Assembly: GCA_963764725.1 (NCBI GenBank)
Contig: CAVXTM010000012.1
Coordinates: 256,001 to 320,000 of the forward strand
Length of the DNA stretch: 64,000 nt
Reading direction: 5' to 3'
Source of the DNA: an uncultured Gammaproteobacteria bacterium
GTDB taxonomy: Bacteria > Pseudomonadota > Gammaproteobacteria > JACCXJ01
Both the position numbers and the translations under genes were made by a program. Shown here piece after piece: positions 9,106-18,548 of the stretch. Numbering within the stretch: position 1 is the stretch's first letter; every line of letters starts with the position of its first letter. The notes beneath the pieces are model-generated. The model was not told the DNA's origin, did no database searches, and saw nothing but the letters and a program-made list of their open reading frames with translations.

Positions 9106-11385
9106 CTAAAATTCGTTCTCGTACCCGGGAATGCTCCGTTTTAGATAACTGGTGGTGCTGCGCCCAAAGCCGGCCAGCCCCTTGAGCTCGATCTGAACGA
9201 AAAACGCGTTGTCGAACTCCCCCGTGTCGCTGCTCAGGAACCGCCGCGCCACCGTACGGACACCCCAGCAGCAACTGTTGTACTCAAACCCTGCGGCGAC
9301 CTCGAGGGTCTCCTCGGTATCCAAGGAATAGGTCCACTTACCGATGACGCTCCAATTCGGGTCCAACGGCCAACGAAACGCCAGATCGGTCTGCTCGATG
9401 AGGGTATCGCCGAGACCGCGTATATCGCGGTTGATGCGATAATCGGCGTTCACGATGGTGTCCGGATCGGGGTCATAGCGCAACCCGATGGAACCTGTTT
9501 CGACAGTCGCGTCGCTGGGGTTGAAGAACAGATCCCCCCGCGCACTGAGACCATTGGGCAGCCGGGTCGTGAGCTCCGCGAGGAAATTCGAAAACGCAAC
9601 GGTGTCCGCCCCCTCGGTGGGCAAGGTGACACGGCGATCCTCGAAATAAAAGATCTGACCCATGCTCGCGCGCAGATGTTCCCAGCCGGTATCGCGATTT
9701 ATGATCCTGGAAGTGACCGCGACCGCCGTCTGGTTTGCGTCGCCGAGACGGTCGGGGCCGCTGAACCGGTTCTCGCGAAACAGTTGCCCAAAGGAAATGT
9801 CGTATTGTCCGGTATCAAAAACAGGCAGATCATCCTGATCCTGCTCGGGGACGTAAAGATAGAAGATCCGCGGTTCAAAGGTTTGCACGGCCGGCAGCCC
9901 CGCGAAATCGAGGTCGCGTTCGAATACGAGCCCGCCGTCCAGGCTCACGATCGGCAGGGTCCGGCTCGGGCGATTATCCGCCTCGGCGCTGTTTCCGAGG
10001 TAATACTGGGTATGCTCGAGGCTCACTCGAGGCACGAAAAATCCCCCCGCGCCGTGCACCGGGTAGCTGATGACCGGTTTGAGGTCGATACGGCCGCCGA
10101 TGATCCCTTCGTCTTTGTCAAAATAGGTGGCTTCCCCGAAAAATTCGAGGTTGATTTCCCGGTCGCCCGCGGGCAGGCGGGTGAAAAAGCGAATCTGCGG
10201 CAGCCGGTCGTAAGGCCGGTTCTCGACCGGAATGGTAGTATCGACGGTTTGAAACCCCTGCAAACGGCCGAGTATATGGAAGTAATCGCCGTGGTAACTG
10301 ATGTCGGCGCGCTGTGGAAGATAGCGCGTGCTGCTGAGCGCAAGATTGCTTCCGAAGTCTTCGAAGTATTCCGAATCGGACACCCGGTTGTAGGTCAGAA
10401 AGGCGTGACCGCGCCGGCGCGCAAAATCTTGCTCATGGGTTAATGCAACCAGCGACCGGCTCTCGTCCTCGAACTCCGCGTCCGAGGGTAAATATTCGGC
10501 ATCAAGCTCTCCCCCGCCGCTTTGCAGGAGGTAACGGTATTGGCCCCCGAGCATCACGCCGCGGTTGGAAAGTATCCGCGGTTGGAAGGTTGCATCGCGT
10601 TGGGGCGCGATGTTCCAATAGTAGGGAGTGGTTAGGTCGAACCCGCTTTCCGAAGTGCTTCCCACCGTCGGCGGTAAGAAACCCGTTTTGCGCTTGTCGC
10701 TGATCGGGAAGGTGATATACGGCAGATAGAATACCGGTGTCTCCCGCACCCGCAGCACCACGTGCTCAGCCTCGCCCCATTCCTCGTTATGATCCAGTTT
10801 CATGCGCTTAGCCGCGAGCTGCCAGTCCGGTGTCTTGCCGCCACAGGTGGTGTAATCGACGTCCTTAAGCTCTGTGACATTCTCCCGCGTGTCGAGGTCG
10901 GCGACGCGCGCGCCTCCGCGCCCGCGCCGTTGCAGCAATCGATACTGGCCATATTCAAGATGGGCGCGGTCGTTGGCGAGATCGAGGCGGCCGTATTTCC
11001 CCGACCAAAACAAAGCCGGATCCCACAGGAGCAGACGACCTTCGGCCTCAATGACGGCCTGACCGCGCTCGTAAGTGAGGAGATCCGCAACCACCGCTTG
11101 TTGCTCGCGGACCAAGGAGACACCGCCCACGAATGTCAACACATTCTCCTCCAGAACCTCCACCCGGTCAGCCATCACCTCAATCGACCCCAATTTATAT
11201 GCCGCCGGATTATGGGGAGGACGGTCCGGAATCTTCGGATCGGCCTTGCAAAGCGCATAGCGTGGATCTTCAAGCTCCGCCGCGCCGACCGCCACCGGCG
11301 ATGCAGCAGCGCATACTACGATCAAGACAGCCAGTAGCGCTGACCTTTTGAGCGCAGGTATTCGAGCGAGCGCGTGCAAACCCAT
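9106..11385 (-). CDS. lptD: LPS-assembly outer-membrane protein LptD
   Basis: YTTC, PVFYLPY..FP...RKTGFLPP, PYYWNIAPQRD, FRENRFSGPDRLGDANQ, YNSCCW, QIELKGL. Start uncertain (11385 or up to 11517). Confidence 0.95.
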   Translation of the reverse strand: MGLHALARIPALKRSALLAVLIVVCAAASPVAVGAAELEDPRYALCKADPKIPDRPPHNPAAYKLGSIEVMADRVEVLEENVLTFVGGVSLVREQQAVVADLLTYERGQAVIEAEGRLLLWDPALFWSGKYGRLDLANDRAHLEYGQYRLLQRRGRGGARVADLDTRENVTELKDVDYTTCGGKTPDWQLAAKRMKLDHNEEWGEAEHVVLRVRETPVFYLPYITFPISDKRKTGFLPPTVGSTSESGFDLTTPYYWNIAPQRDATFQPRILSNRGVMLGGQYRYLLQSGGGELDAEYLPSDAEFEDESRSLVALTHEQDFARRRGHAFLTYNRVSDSEYFEDFGSNLALSSTRYLPQRADISYHGDYFHILGRLQGFQTVDTTIPVENRPYDRLPQIRFFTRLPAGDREINLEFFGEATYFDKDEGIIGGRIDLKPVISYPVHGAGGFFVPRVSLEHTQYYLGNSAEADNRPSRTLPIVSLDGGLVFERDLDFAGLPAVQTFEPRIFYLYVPEQDQDDLPVFDTGQYDISFGQLFRENRFSGPDRLGDANQTAVAVTSRIINRDTGWEHLRASMGQIFYFEDRRVTLPTEGADTVAFSNFLAELTTRLPNGLSARGDLFFNPSDATVETGSIGLRYDPDPDTIVNADYRINRDIRGLGDTLIEQTDLAFRWPLDPNWSVIGKWTYSLDTEETLEVAAGFEYNSCCWGVRTVARRFLSSDTGEFDNAFFVQIELKGLAGFGRSTTSYLKRSIPGYENEF

Positions 11386-11614
11386 CTTAGGACAACCGAC
11401 GGCGTGTGGTGGTACGATAACTACAAAAGCGGGGCGGATCGCGGTGCCAGCCCGCGAATATTCGGCGTTATACGGGTGGGCGCGGAAGGCCACACAGGGG
11501 TCGCGGGCGGTAGACATCGGGAGTTCATGGTAAAGAGCGAGGAGGTGTTATGGCAAGTGATCCCACGGCGAAGTGGATCCTCGATCACGCGCTGGATGCG
11601 CTCTTGGTGCGCCT

Positions 11615-12481
11615 ATGAAGTTGGTGACCTTTACCCACATGGGGGAGACGCGCATCGGCGTCGCCTCCGGCAACTACGTCTATGCAATCGGGTCGATCCC
11701 CGGCTATCCGCGCGAGATGACGGAGTTGCTCGCGGCTGGGCAAGCGTTATTGGGCGATCTCGCCAGCCGCATCGAGCGTCATTGCGAACGCATCGCGCTC
11801 GCGGACATCCATCTCGAAGCGCCACTGCTCCGGCCCCCCAAGTTTCTGGCGATCGGCTTGAATTATGCTGACCACATCGCCGAAAAGGGCGGGTCGCGGC
11901 CAGCGTTTCCGACCATTTTCAATAAACAGTCGACCTGCGCGAACGGCCCCTACGACCCAATCCATAAACCCGGGGTCTCGGAGCAAGTGGACTACGAAGG
12001 CGAGCTAGGATTCGTGATCAAGTGCCGTTGCCGGCACGTGCCCGCGGCCCGGGCGCCGGAAGTGATTGCCGGTTATCTGATCGTGAACGATGTGTCGGTG
12101 CGCGATTGGCAAGCGCGCTCGCCGACGCTGACGCTCGGGAAGTCGTTCGACACGCATGGGCCCATCGGTCCGTGGATCGTGACCCCCGATGAGATCGGCG
12201 ATCCTCACGCGCTTGATGTCCGCACTTATGTCAACGGGGAACCGCGGCAAGCGTTCAACACGCGCGACATGATCTGGAACTGCTACCGCTTGGTCGAGCT
12301 GCTATCGACGGTTTTCACCTTGGAGCCCGGCGATGTCATATCCACGGGCACCGGGCGCGGCGTGGGGATGCGTCGCGACCCGCCCTCGTTCCTGCGGCCG
12401 GGCGATGTCGTACGCATCGAGATCGACGCCATCGGCGCTATCGAGAACCGCGTGATCGAAGAGCCCGCGGCGCCGCCTTGA
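11615..12481 (+). CDS. Fumarylacetoacetate hydrolase family protein
   Basis: IGLNYADH, VDYEGELG, NDVSVRDWQ, GKSFDT, LEPGDVISTGT. Confidence 0.92.
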   Translation: MKLVTFTHMGETRIGVASGNYVYAIGSIPGYPREMTELLAAGQALLGDLASRIERHCERIALADIHLEAPLLRPPKFLAIGLNYADHIAEKGGSRPAFPTIFNKQSTCANGPYDPIHKPGVSEQVDYEGELGFVIKCRCRHVPAARAPEVIAGYLIVNDVSVRDWQARSPTLTLGKSFDTHGPIGPWIVTPDEIGDPHALDVRTYVNGEPRQAFNTRDMIWNCYRLVELLSTVFTLEPGDVISTGTGRGVGMRRDPPSFLRPGDVVRIEIDAIGAIENRVIEEPAAPP

Positions 12482-12523
12482 ACGGCGTGCGAGGGATCCA
12501 TGCCCGCGGACGAAACTATGTGA

Positions 12524-13894
12524 CTATGGGTGGTTGCCGCCCGCCAAGGCTTGCAAAAGCTTTTGGTGAAGCCCGCCGAAGCCGCCATTGCTCATTATAA
12601 GCACCTGATCGGTCGGTTGGGCAAGCGCAAGGATCCTGGCCACGATGGCGTCGAGATCCTGGAGAAGAATGCGTTTACTCCCGAGGCTACGCGTCTGCCC
12701 GGCTAGATCCCAGCCGAGGTTGGGTGGACAATAAAAAAGCGCGAAATCCGCCTCGCTGAACGCATCTGCGAGGGACGCAGCATGGGCACCCAGACGCATG
12801 GAATTGGAACGCGGCTCAAACACCGCAATGATCCGCGACGATCCGACGCGCTGGCGCAAGGCCGAAACAGTGGCGCGGATCTCCGTGGGATGATGCGCGA
12901 AATCGTCGTACACCGACACACCGTGGAGGACCGCAAGCTGTTCCAGCCGGCGTTTGACACCGGCAAAGCTCGACAAGGCGCGGATAGCCACATCGGGCGC
13001 CACGCCCGCATGCCGCGCGGCGGCCAAAGCGGCGAGCGCGTTGAGCGCATTATGCTGTCCGAGCAGCCCCCAGATGACCCGCCCGAACGGATGGCCTTCG
13101 ATCATGACATCGAATGCGCTGAAATCCGCGGCCACGTCTCGAAAACCCCATTGCGGTACCCCATCCCCTCCGAAGGTCTCTACGGGCGTCCAGCACCCCA
13201 TTGTCAGCACCTCGTCGACCACCGTGTCCGGGGCCGGCCGGATGAGCAACCCTTGACCGGGTATGATGCGGATCAGGTGGTGAAACTGGCGCTTGATTGC
13301 GTCCAGATCGGGGAAGATATCTGCATGGTCAAATTCGATATTGGTGATCACCAAGGTGCGCGGACGGTAGTGGATGAACTTGGACCGCTTATCAAAAAAC
13401 GCCGTGTCGTATTCATCCGCCTCCACCACGAAGCAGCGGCCGCTGCCGAGCCGGGCGGTCACATTGAAATTCAAGGGGACCCCACCGATGAGAAACCCCG
13501 GCGCATGACCCGCGTCCTCCAAGATCCAGGTCAGCATGCTGGCGGTCGTGGTTTTGCCGTGGGTGCCGGACACAGCGAGCACCCAGCGATCCTGCAGCAC
13601 CTGCTCGGCTAGCCATTGCGGCCCCGATCGATAAGCCAAGCCTTCATTAAGCAGGTATTCGATGCAAGCATTACCGCGGGAGAGTGCGTTGCCGACGACC
13701 ACCAGATCGGGCGCGGGATCCAGGCTCGAGGCACGATATCCGTCCGTTAGCTTGACACCGCTTTGCTCAAGCTGAGTGCTCATTGGCGGGTAAACGCCCT
13801 GATCCGAGCCTGCGACTTCGTGCCCGAGCTCGCGCGCAATGCGGGCGATCCCGCCCATGAAGGTGCCGCACGCGCCGAGAATATGAATTTTCAC
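12524..13894 (-). CDS. mpl: Murein peptide ligase
   Basis: MKIHILGACGTFMGGIA, GTHGKTTT, EADEYDTAFFDKRSKF, DDFAHHPT, MSNGGFGG. Confidence 0.96.
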   Translation of the reverse strand: MKIHILGACGTFMGGIARIARELGHEVAGSDQGVYPPMSTQLEQSGVKLTDGYRASSLDPAPDLVVVGNALSRGNACIEYLLNEGLAYRSGPQWLAEQVLQDRWVLAVSGTHGKTTTASMLTWILEDAGHAPGFLIGGVPLNFNVTARLGSGRCFVVEADEYDTAFFDKRSKFIHYRPRTLVITNIEFDHADIFPDLDAIKRQFHHLIRIIPGQGLLIRPAPDTVVDEVLTMGCWTPVETFGGDGVPQWGFRDVAADFSAFDVMIEGHPFGRVIWGLLGQHNALNALAALAAARHAGVAPDVAIRALSSFAGVKRRLEQLAVLHGVSVYDDFAHHPTEIRATVSALRQRVGSSRIIAVFEPRSNSMRLGAHAASLADAFSEADFALFYCPPNLGWDLAGQTRSLGSKRILLQDLDAIVARILALAQPTDQVLIMSNGGFGGLHQKLLQALAGGNHP

Positions 13895-14174
13895 GCAGTG
13901 GACGCCCGAAAGTATCGCCGGCCGCTCCGGGATGAGTACCTGGACATCCTAAAAAGCGTGATAACGACGCGAGACATCGGCACGTGTGGGCCTGAGGGGT
14001 ATTTTAGTTGCAGCGTCTATCATAAACTGCACGGTGCGCGCAGGCTATGTCAGCACCGGGTGTGACAGAGGGTGGATAAAGCCGCGTCGAAGAGAACTAT
14101 AACTCCGCGGTTTTCGCGGGCGCTTTTCAGGTGGCCTCGCGATTTACGCTACGATATGACGAGGAGGACAACAC

Positions 14175-14687
14175 ATGTATAACACAACTCCGCTAAGAAT
14201 TGCCGTCTTTACCTTCGCGTTGACACTCGCAATTTCAGGCTGCGAGTCAGAGAAACCCGCCGTGACGGAAGCGCCGAAGCCTGCCGTCGCGCCCTCCGCG
14301 CCCGTGCCAGCCGCATCCCGGCCGCTGTTCGAGCGCTTGGGCGGGCAAGAGGGGCTCACGGCCATCGTCAACGGACTCATGTCTAATATAGGCGCGGACC
14401 CGCGGACCAGGCTTTACTTCACGAACATCGATCTTCGCCGCTTCCAGACCAAGATGGTGGAATACCTGTGCGAGCAGACCGGGGGCCCCTGCAAGTATAC
14501 CGGCGGGGAGATGAAGGCCAGGCATGCCCCGCACCAGATCGGCGATGCCGAATTCGACGCCTTCATGGAAGACCTGACAAAGAGTCTCGATAATAAACAG
14601 GTCGCGCCGTCCGATAAGGATGAGCTCTTGGGGATCCTCGGCAAGCTGAGACCGGATGTGGTGGCCACGTACGGCGGCGGGCGCTAA
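14175..14687 (+). CDS. Group I truncated hemoglobin with lipoprotein signal and Pro/Ala linker
   Basis: Lipobox LAISG-C; LFERLGG, GGPCKYTG.EM...H (proximal His), I...EFDAF; RBS gaggagga. Confidence 0.85.
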   Translation: MYNTTPLRIAVFTFALTLAISGCESEKPAVTEAPKPAVAPSAPVPAASRPLFERLGGQEGLTAIVNGLMSNIGADPRTRLYFTNIDLRRFQTKMVEYLCEQTGGPCKYTGGEMKARHAPHQIGDAEFDAFMEDLTKSLDNKQVAPSDKDELLGILGKLRPDVVATYGGGR

Positions 14688-14810
14688 GGACGCTCTGCAG
14701 AAGTGTCGCGAGCAAGCCGAGATGCGCGGAGCGAGTCGCGAGACATATCAAGTAGATAGGCGAGCAACGCGCCGAGTACGCGACAAAACAGATGGGCTGC
14801 GCGGTAACAA
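14688..14810 (+). mobile_element. MITE-like repeat copy, right end eroded
   Basis: Begins GGACGCTCTGCAGAAGT right after the globin stop codon (cTAA); core gcgagacatatcaagtagataggcgagc shared with the other copies. Confidence 0.7.
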
Positions 14811-15860
14811 TCACAACGCTTGGCGCTCATCCTCGGTAAAGAGCCGCAGGCGGTAAAGACGCCAGGGGCCGGCATCCGCCCGCCGGCACATCCCGAAACG
14901 GAAGGGAGGGAGCATCCCTGGCAGCGTGTAACGCAGATCGGTGAACCATACGCAGCACGCCGCCCCGCCGCGGTCAACACGGTACACTGCGGGAAAACGC
15001 GCGAACTCGCGAAAACCGGCGAAGCCGTCCTGCAACCAGACCTCGCGCGCGAGCGGCGCCGTGCGGGGATCGGCGCCGAAGCGCGGGTAGCGCGTCCAGC
15101 GCGCGGCATCAGGCGCTACATAGGCGGCCGCCGTGGATGGAAATAGCCACGCGCCGGGGGACGCGAGCCCGTCCGGCCCGGCGAGCCGAAGATGGGTTTC
15201 GTAAACATCGAGCTCTCGTGAGACGATGATTTTCCAGTTGAACGGCGAGAACGGCTGCGCGATGGCGTGAACCCCGGCCTCGCCGAGCGCCCGGCCGCGG
15301 ACATAGGCGTGTCCGATGGCGAGCGCTTGTGTGTGGAGGAAATACTGCAAACCGAGATAACTCCCGAGCACGCCTAACGCCAAGATCGCCGCGCGCCGGG
15401 CGTTCCATTTGAAAGAGACCACTAGCCCGATCAGGAGCATCCCGGAAAAAACGGGATCGATGACATAGGTGATCGGCAGGGTCACTCGGTTTTGCGAAAA
15501 CGGCGCCCAGATCTGCGTGCCGTAGGCCGTAATCAAATCGCCCCCGATATGCGCGCTGATCCCGAGCACGCATAGCGGATAAAAAGCTTGCCATCCGTGC
15601 GCGCCGCCTAGCAGATACGGGCACGCCGCGGCCACCAGACCCGCCCACAGGGGCATCAGCACCAGAGAATGCGTCAGCCCTTGGTGTAGATTGAGATAGA
15701 CCAGCGGAGCGGCCCAAAAAACCAGATAATCGATGTCGGGAAACGCCGCCGCGATAAAACCCGCCGACACCCGTTGGCGCACGGGCACGCTGACAAATCG
15801 TGCCGCGCCGATGGCCTGGACCAGCAGAGCACCGCTCAGGCCATGGGTGAAGGTATCCAA
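14811..15860 (-). CDS. Metal-dependent membrane hydrolase (YdjM/YbcI-like)
   Basis: MDTFTHGLSG, FPDID, HQGLTHSL, HIGGDLITAYGTQ. Confidence 0.85.
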   Translation of the reverse strand: MDTFTHGLSGALLVQAIGAARFVSVPVRQRVSAGFIAAAFPDIDYLVFWAAPLVYLNLHQGLTHSLVLMPLWAGLVAAACPYLLGGAHGWQAFYPLCVLGISAHIGGDLITAYGTQIWAPFSQNRVTLPITYVIDPVFSGMLLIGLVVSFKWNARRAAILALGVLGSYLGLQYFLHTQALAIGHAYVRGRALGEAGVHAIAQPFSPFNWKIIVSRELDVYETHLRLAGPDGLASPGAWLFPSTAAAYVAPDAARWTRYPRFGADPRTAPLAREVWLQDGFAGFREFARFPAVYRVDRGGAACCVWFTDLRYTLPGMLPPFRFGMCRRADAGPWRLYRLRLFTEDERQAL

Positions 15861-15869
15861 CCAAGAGAT

Positions 15870-16493
15870 CTAGTTCGGCGGTTCGAGGCCACTACCGGGC
15901 ACTGCCGCGCTTGGCCCCACCGTCGCGTGGGCGAAGCGTTCCGCGATGCCGAGCAAGCGCTCGAGAAACGCCTCCGTCGCGCCCGATCCCGGTGAATCGT
16001 CCCACATCCAGTAGCAGAACGTCGTGAGGTAAATGCCGGTCGTCGCCACCTCCTCGAACGCTCGTTGCACATAGGCGGCGTCACGATGCGCCGCCTCGCG
16101 GAACCACTGCACGGTGCGGCTCACGCGCATGATCCCCGGGATTTGAATATGCAAGTGGCCCGGTTCGAACTTGCCGGAGATCATCTGCCGGGTTATGCGC
16201 CGGTGCGGCGCCAAGGCGTTGAGCCAGGTCATAATGACCTGCCGAAAACGCTGCCGGGTCGTCAGGCTTAAAAAGCCGGGCGCCGTGGCGGCGTGCAGCA
16301 TCGCGGCGTCCGCACGGTCGAACCAGGCCTCGACGATATCCTCCTTTTCGCGGAAATAAACGCGCAGCTCATCGAGCGTGATCCCCGCGGCCTCGGCCAC
16401 CTCATGCAGGCGCACCACTTCCCACGAGCGCGGCTCGGCTAAAGCAAGGGCGGCATCAACGATCCGCTGTCTAAGATCCTGTTCGTGCTCCAA
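15870..16493 (-). CDS. TetR-fold / COQ9-like protein
   Basis: N-terminal HTH-like RIVDAALALAE..SW...RL.EVAEAAG; C-terminal W..DDS.G...T..FL.R.L resembles COQ9. Confidence 0.7.
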   Translation of the reverse strand: MEHEQDLRQRIVDAALALAEPRSWEVVRLHEVAEAAGITLDELRVYFREKEDIVEAWFDRADAAMLHAATAPGFLSLTTRQRFRQVIMTWLNALAPHRRITRQMISGKFEPGHLHIQIPGIMRVSRTVQWFREAAHRDAAYVQRAFEEVATTGIYLTTFCYWMWDDSPGSGATEAFLERLLGIAERFAHATVGPSAAVPGSGLEPPN

Positions 16494-16738
16494 CTGCGTG
16501 CGTTAAGGGTGACGATGGTACCTATGCTCAAGTATAGCGTTTAATTCTGAATACCCGCCGTTTACGGCGGGCACGCTCTTTAGTCGACTGCCCGTGGCGG
16601 CGGAACGTAAAGCGCTTGCCGGCACTACCGCGAAGGCGGAAACTATGAACAACTGCTGTAGTTCCAACATCGTTCTGCGCTTCAAATGCTTAGTTCGGCC
16701 CTAACAAGAAAACGCGCCTGAGGGCGGAGGGGAAAAAA

Positions 16739-17503
16739 ATGGGCGAACGGAAAATCGTCACCATCCACTCTTATCGCGGCGGGACGGGGAAATCCAACAT
16801 GACCGCTAACATCGCCGTTTGTGCGCAGGCAGCGGGCAAACGGGTCGCGGTGCTCGATACGGATCTGCAATCGCCCGGGATCCACATCCTCTTCAACTTC
16901 GATCAAGAGCGGATCAAACTGACCTTATACGACTTCTTGCGGGGCAAGTGCACCATTGCCCAAGTCGCTTACGACGTCTCCGAGCGTGGCAGTCCCGAAA
17001 CCCCAGGGAAATGCTGGTTGGTACCGGCATCGTTGAATGCTCAGGCCATTACACAGCTCCTCGATGAAGGCTACGATATCAACCGGCTGAGCGACAACTT
17101 TGATGAATTGCTGGACGCATTCGACCTCGATTACTTGTTCATCGACACCCACCCGGGGCTGAATAAGGAAAGCATGCTCGCCGCCACGCTTTCGGACGTC
17201 CTGATCATCCTGATCCGGCCCGATCAGCAAGACTACTACGGCACGGCCGTGTTGACCGAAATCGCGGCCAAGCTCGAGGTCCCAAAGGTTTACCTCATTG
17301 CCAATAAGGTGTACGCACGACTCGATCCGGCCGAGCTACGGGCGCGCCTGCAAGAGGTCTTTGGCTGTGAGGTCCTGGGGTTGATCCCTTTGAGCGAAGA
17401 CTTTGCTGAGCTAGCGAGCGAAGGCCTGTTCGTCCATCGCTATCCCGGGCGCCCAATCAGCCTCAGCATCCAGGACATTACCCAGCGCATACTGAACACA
17501 TGA
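16739..17503 (+). CDS. MinD/ParA-family ATPase lacking a C-terminal membrane-targeting helix
   Basis: Deviant Walker A HSYRGGTGKSN, VLDTDLQSPG, FIDTHPGL, RPDQQDY.GT, IANKV. Confidence 0.9.
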   Translation: MGERKIVTIHSYRGGTGKSNMTANIAVCAQAAGKRVAVLDTDLQSPGIHILFNFDQERIKLTLYDFLRGKCTIAQVAYDVSERGSPETPGKCWLVPASLNAQAITQLLDEGYDINRLSDNFDELLDAFDLDYLFIDTHPGLNKESMLAATLSDVLIILIRPDQQDYYGTAVLTEIAAKLEVPKVYLIANKVYARLDPAELRARLQEVFGCEVLGLIPLSEDFAELASEGLFVHRYPGRPISLSIQDITQRILNT

Positions 17504-17552
17504 ATCCCGGCCGCCCGATGTCAACCGAGGCGTCATTCCCCGGTCGCTGATA

Positions 17553-18548
17553 ATGGCCACCGATCAAGACCATGTCGCGCAGCTCATGGCGCAGCGCGAA
17601 GAGATCGAGGCGCCCTGCAATCCTTCACACTACCGTGTTCTAAAGCGCATTGCATCCAACCCGGACAACCATCTGGCGATCGGCTTTGGTGCCGGAAGTG
17701 CACCTGGTCTGGCCGGCAACCTCGCCCTCGCGGGTCTGCTGACTGAGCTCGGGCTGCGACCGTTTATCAAGGAGATCTGGGGCGTCTCGGTGGGTGCCAT
17801 CGTTGGTGGAGGCTGGAGCACCGGGCTATCCGTCGACCATATGCTGTCGCTCGTCGACGAGCTCGATCGCAAGGGTGCCGTGGATTTTGCTCGTTGGGAA
17901 GTCCTGGGGGCGGGACTGGCGCGTTTGCTTCGTTTCAAGCAATTACCCGACGGTCTGGTGCGCGGGCACCGCTTTCGCCAGGCGATAGAACGCGGGCTTC
18001 CGGTCCAGCGCTTCGAAGAGTGTGAAATACCCTTTCGTGCGATCGCCTGCACCGATGATGGGCACGCTCAAAAGATCATCTTCCGCCAGGGGCTGTTATT
18101 GAATGCCATCACGGCATCGATATGTATCCCGGGCATTGTGTTGCCGATCCTTGACTGGAACGGTCGAGCGTACGGTTATTTCGATGGTGCCGTGGTCGAA
18201 AAGACGCCCCTGGCTTCGATCATCGAAGAGCACCATCGCGAGGGGCGCAAGAGCCAACTGGTGGTGATCTGCACCCATTTCAGCGACTCGGGCCGCATCA
18301 AGAAACCGGTGGGGTTTATTCAGCGCATGTTAAACGCCATGCACCACTTACAAGATGAGGCTTGGGAATACCAGGCGCTGAAGGCGCGCGAGGCGCCCAA
18401 TTGCAAGTTTCTGGTCCTGAACCCGCACATGAAAGAAGGTACGGCCTTCGATTTTTCTGTGGTACGCTTCAATTATCTTTGGGCGAGAAAGATGTTCAAA
18501 GAACAATTATCCAACGCCAAGCTCGCCGTCCGTTTCGAGGCGCGGTAA
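17553..18548 (+). CDS. Patatin-like phospholipase/esterase
   Basis: Gly-rich GFGAGSAPG, nucleophile elbow GVSVG, ASICIPG, catalytic Asp in FDGA. Confidence 0.82.
   Translation: MATDQDHVAQLMAQREEIEAPCNPSHYRVLKRIASNPDNHLAIGFGAGSAPGLAGNLALAGLLTELGLRPFIKEIWGVSVGAIVGGGWSTGLSVDHMLSLVDELDRKGAVDFARWEVLGAGLARLLRFKQLPDGLVRGHRFRQAIERGLPVQRFEECEIPFRAIACTDDGHAQKIIFRQGLLLNAITASICIPGIVLPILDWNGRAYGYFDGAVVEKTPLASIIEEHHREGRKSQLVVICTHFSDSGRIKKPVGFIQRMLNAMHHLQDEAWEYQALKAREAPNCKFLVLNPHMKEGTAFDFSVVRFNYLWARKMFKEQLSNAKLAVRFEAR

Noticed and set aside
18362-18547. N-terminal extension of the kinase ORF in the track
   Set aside because: Overlaps the patatin gene; the TAATG coupling at 18546-18550 gives a better start.
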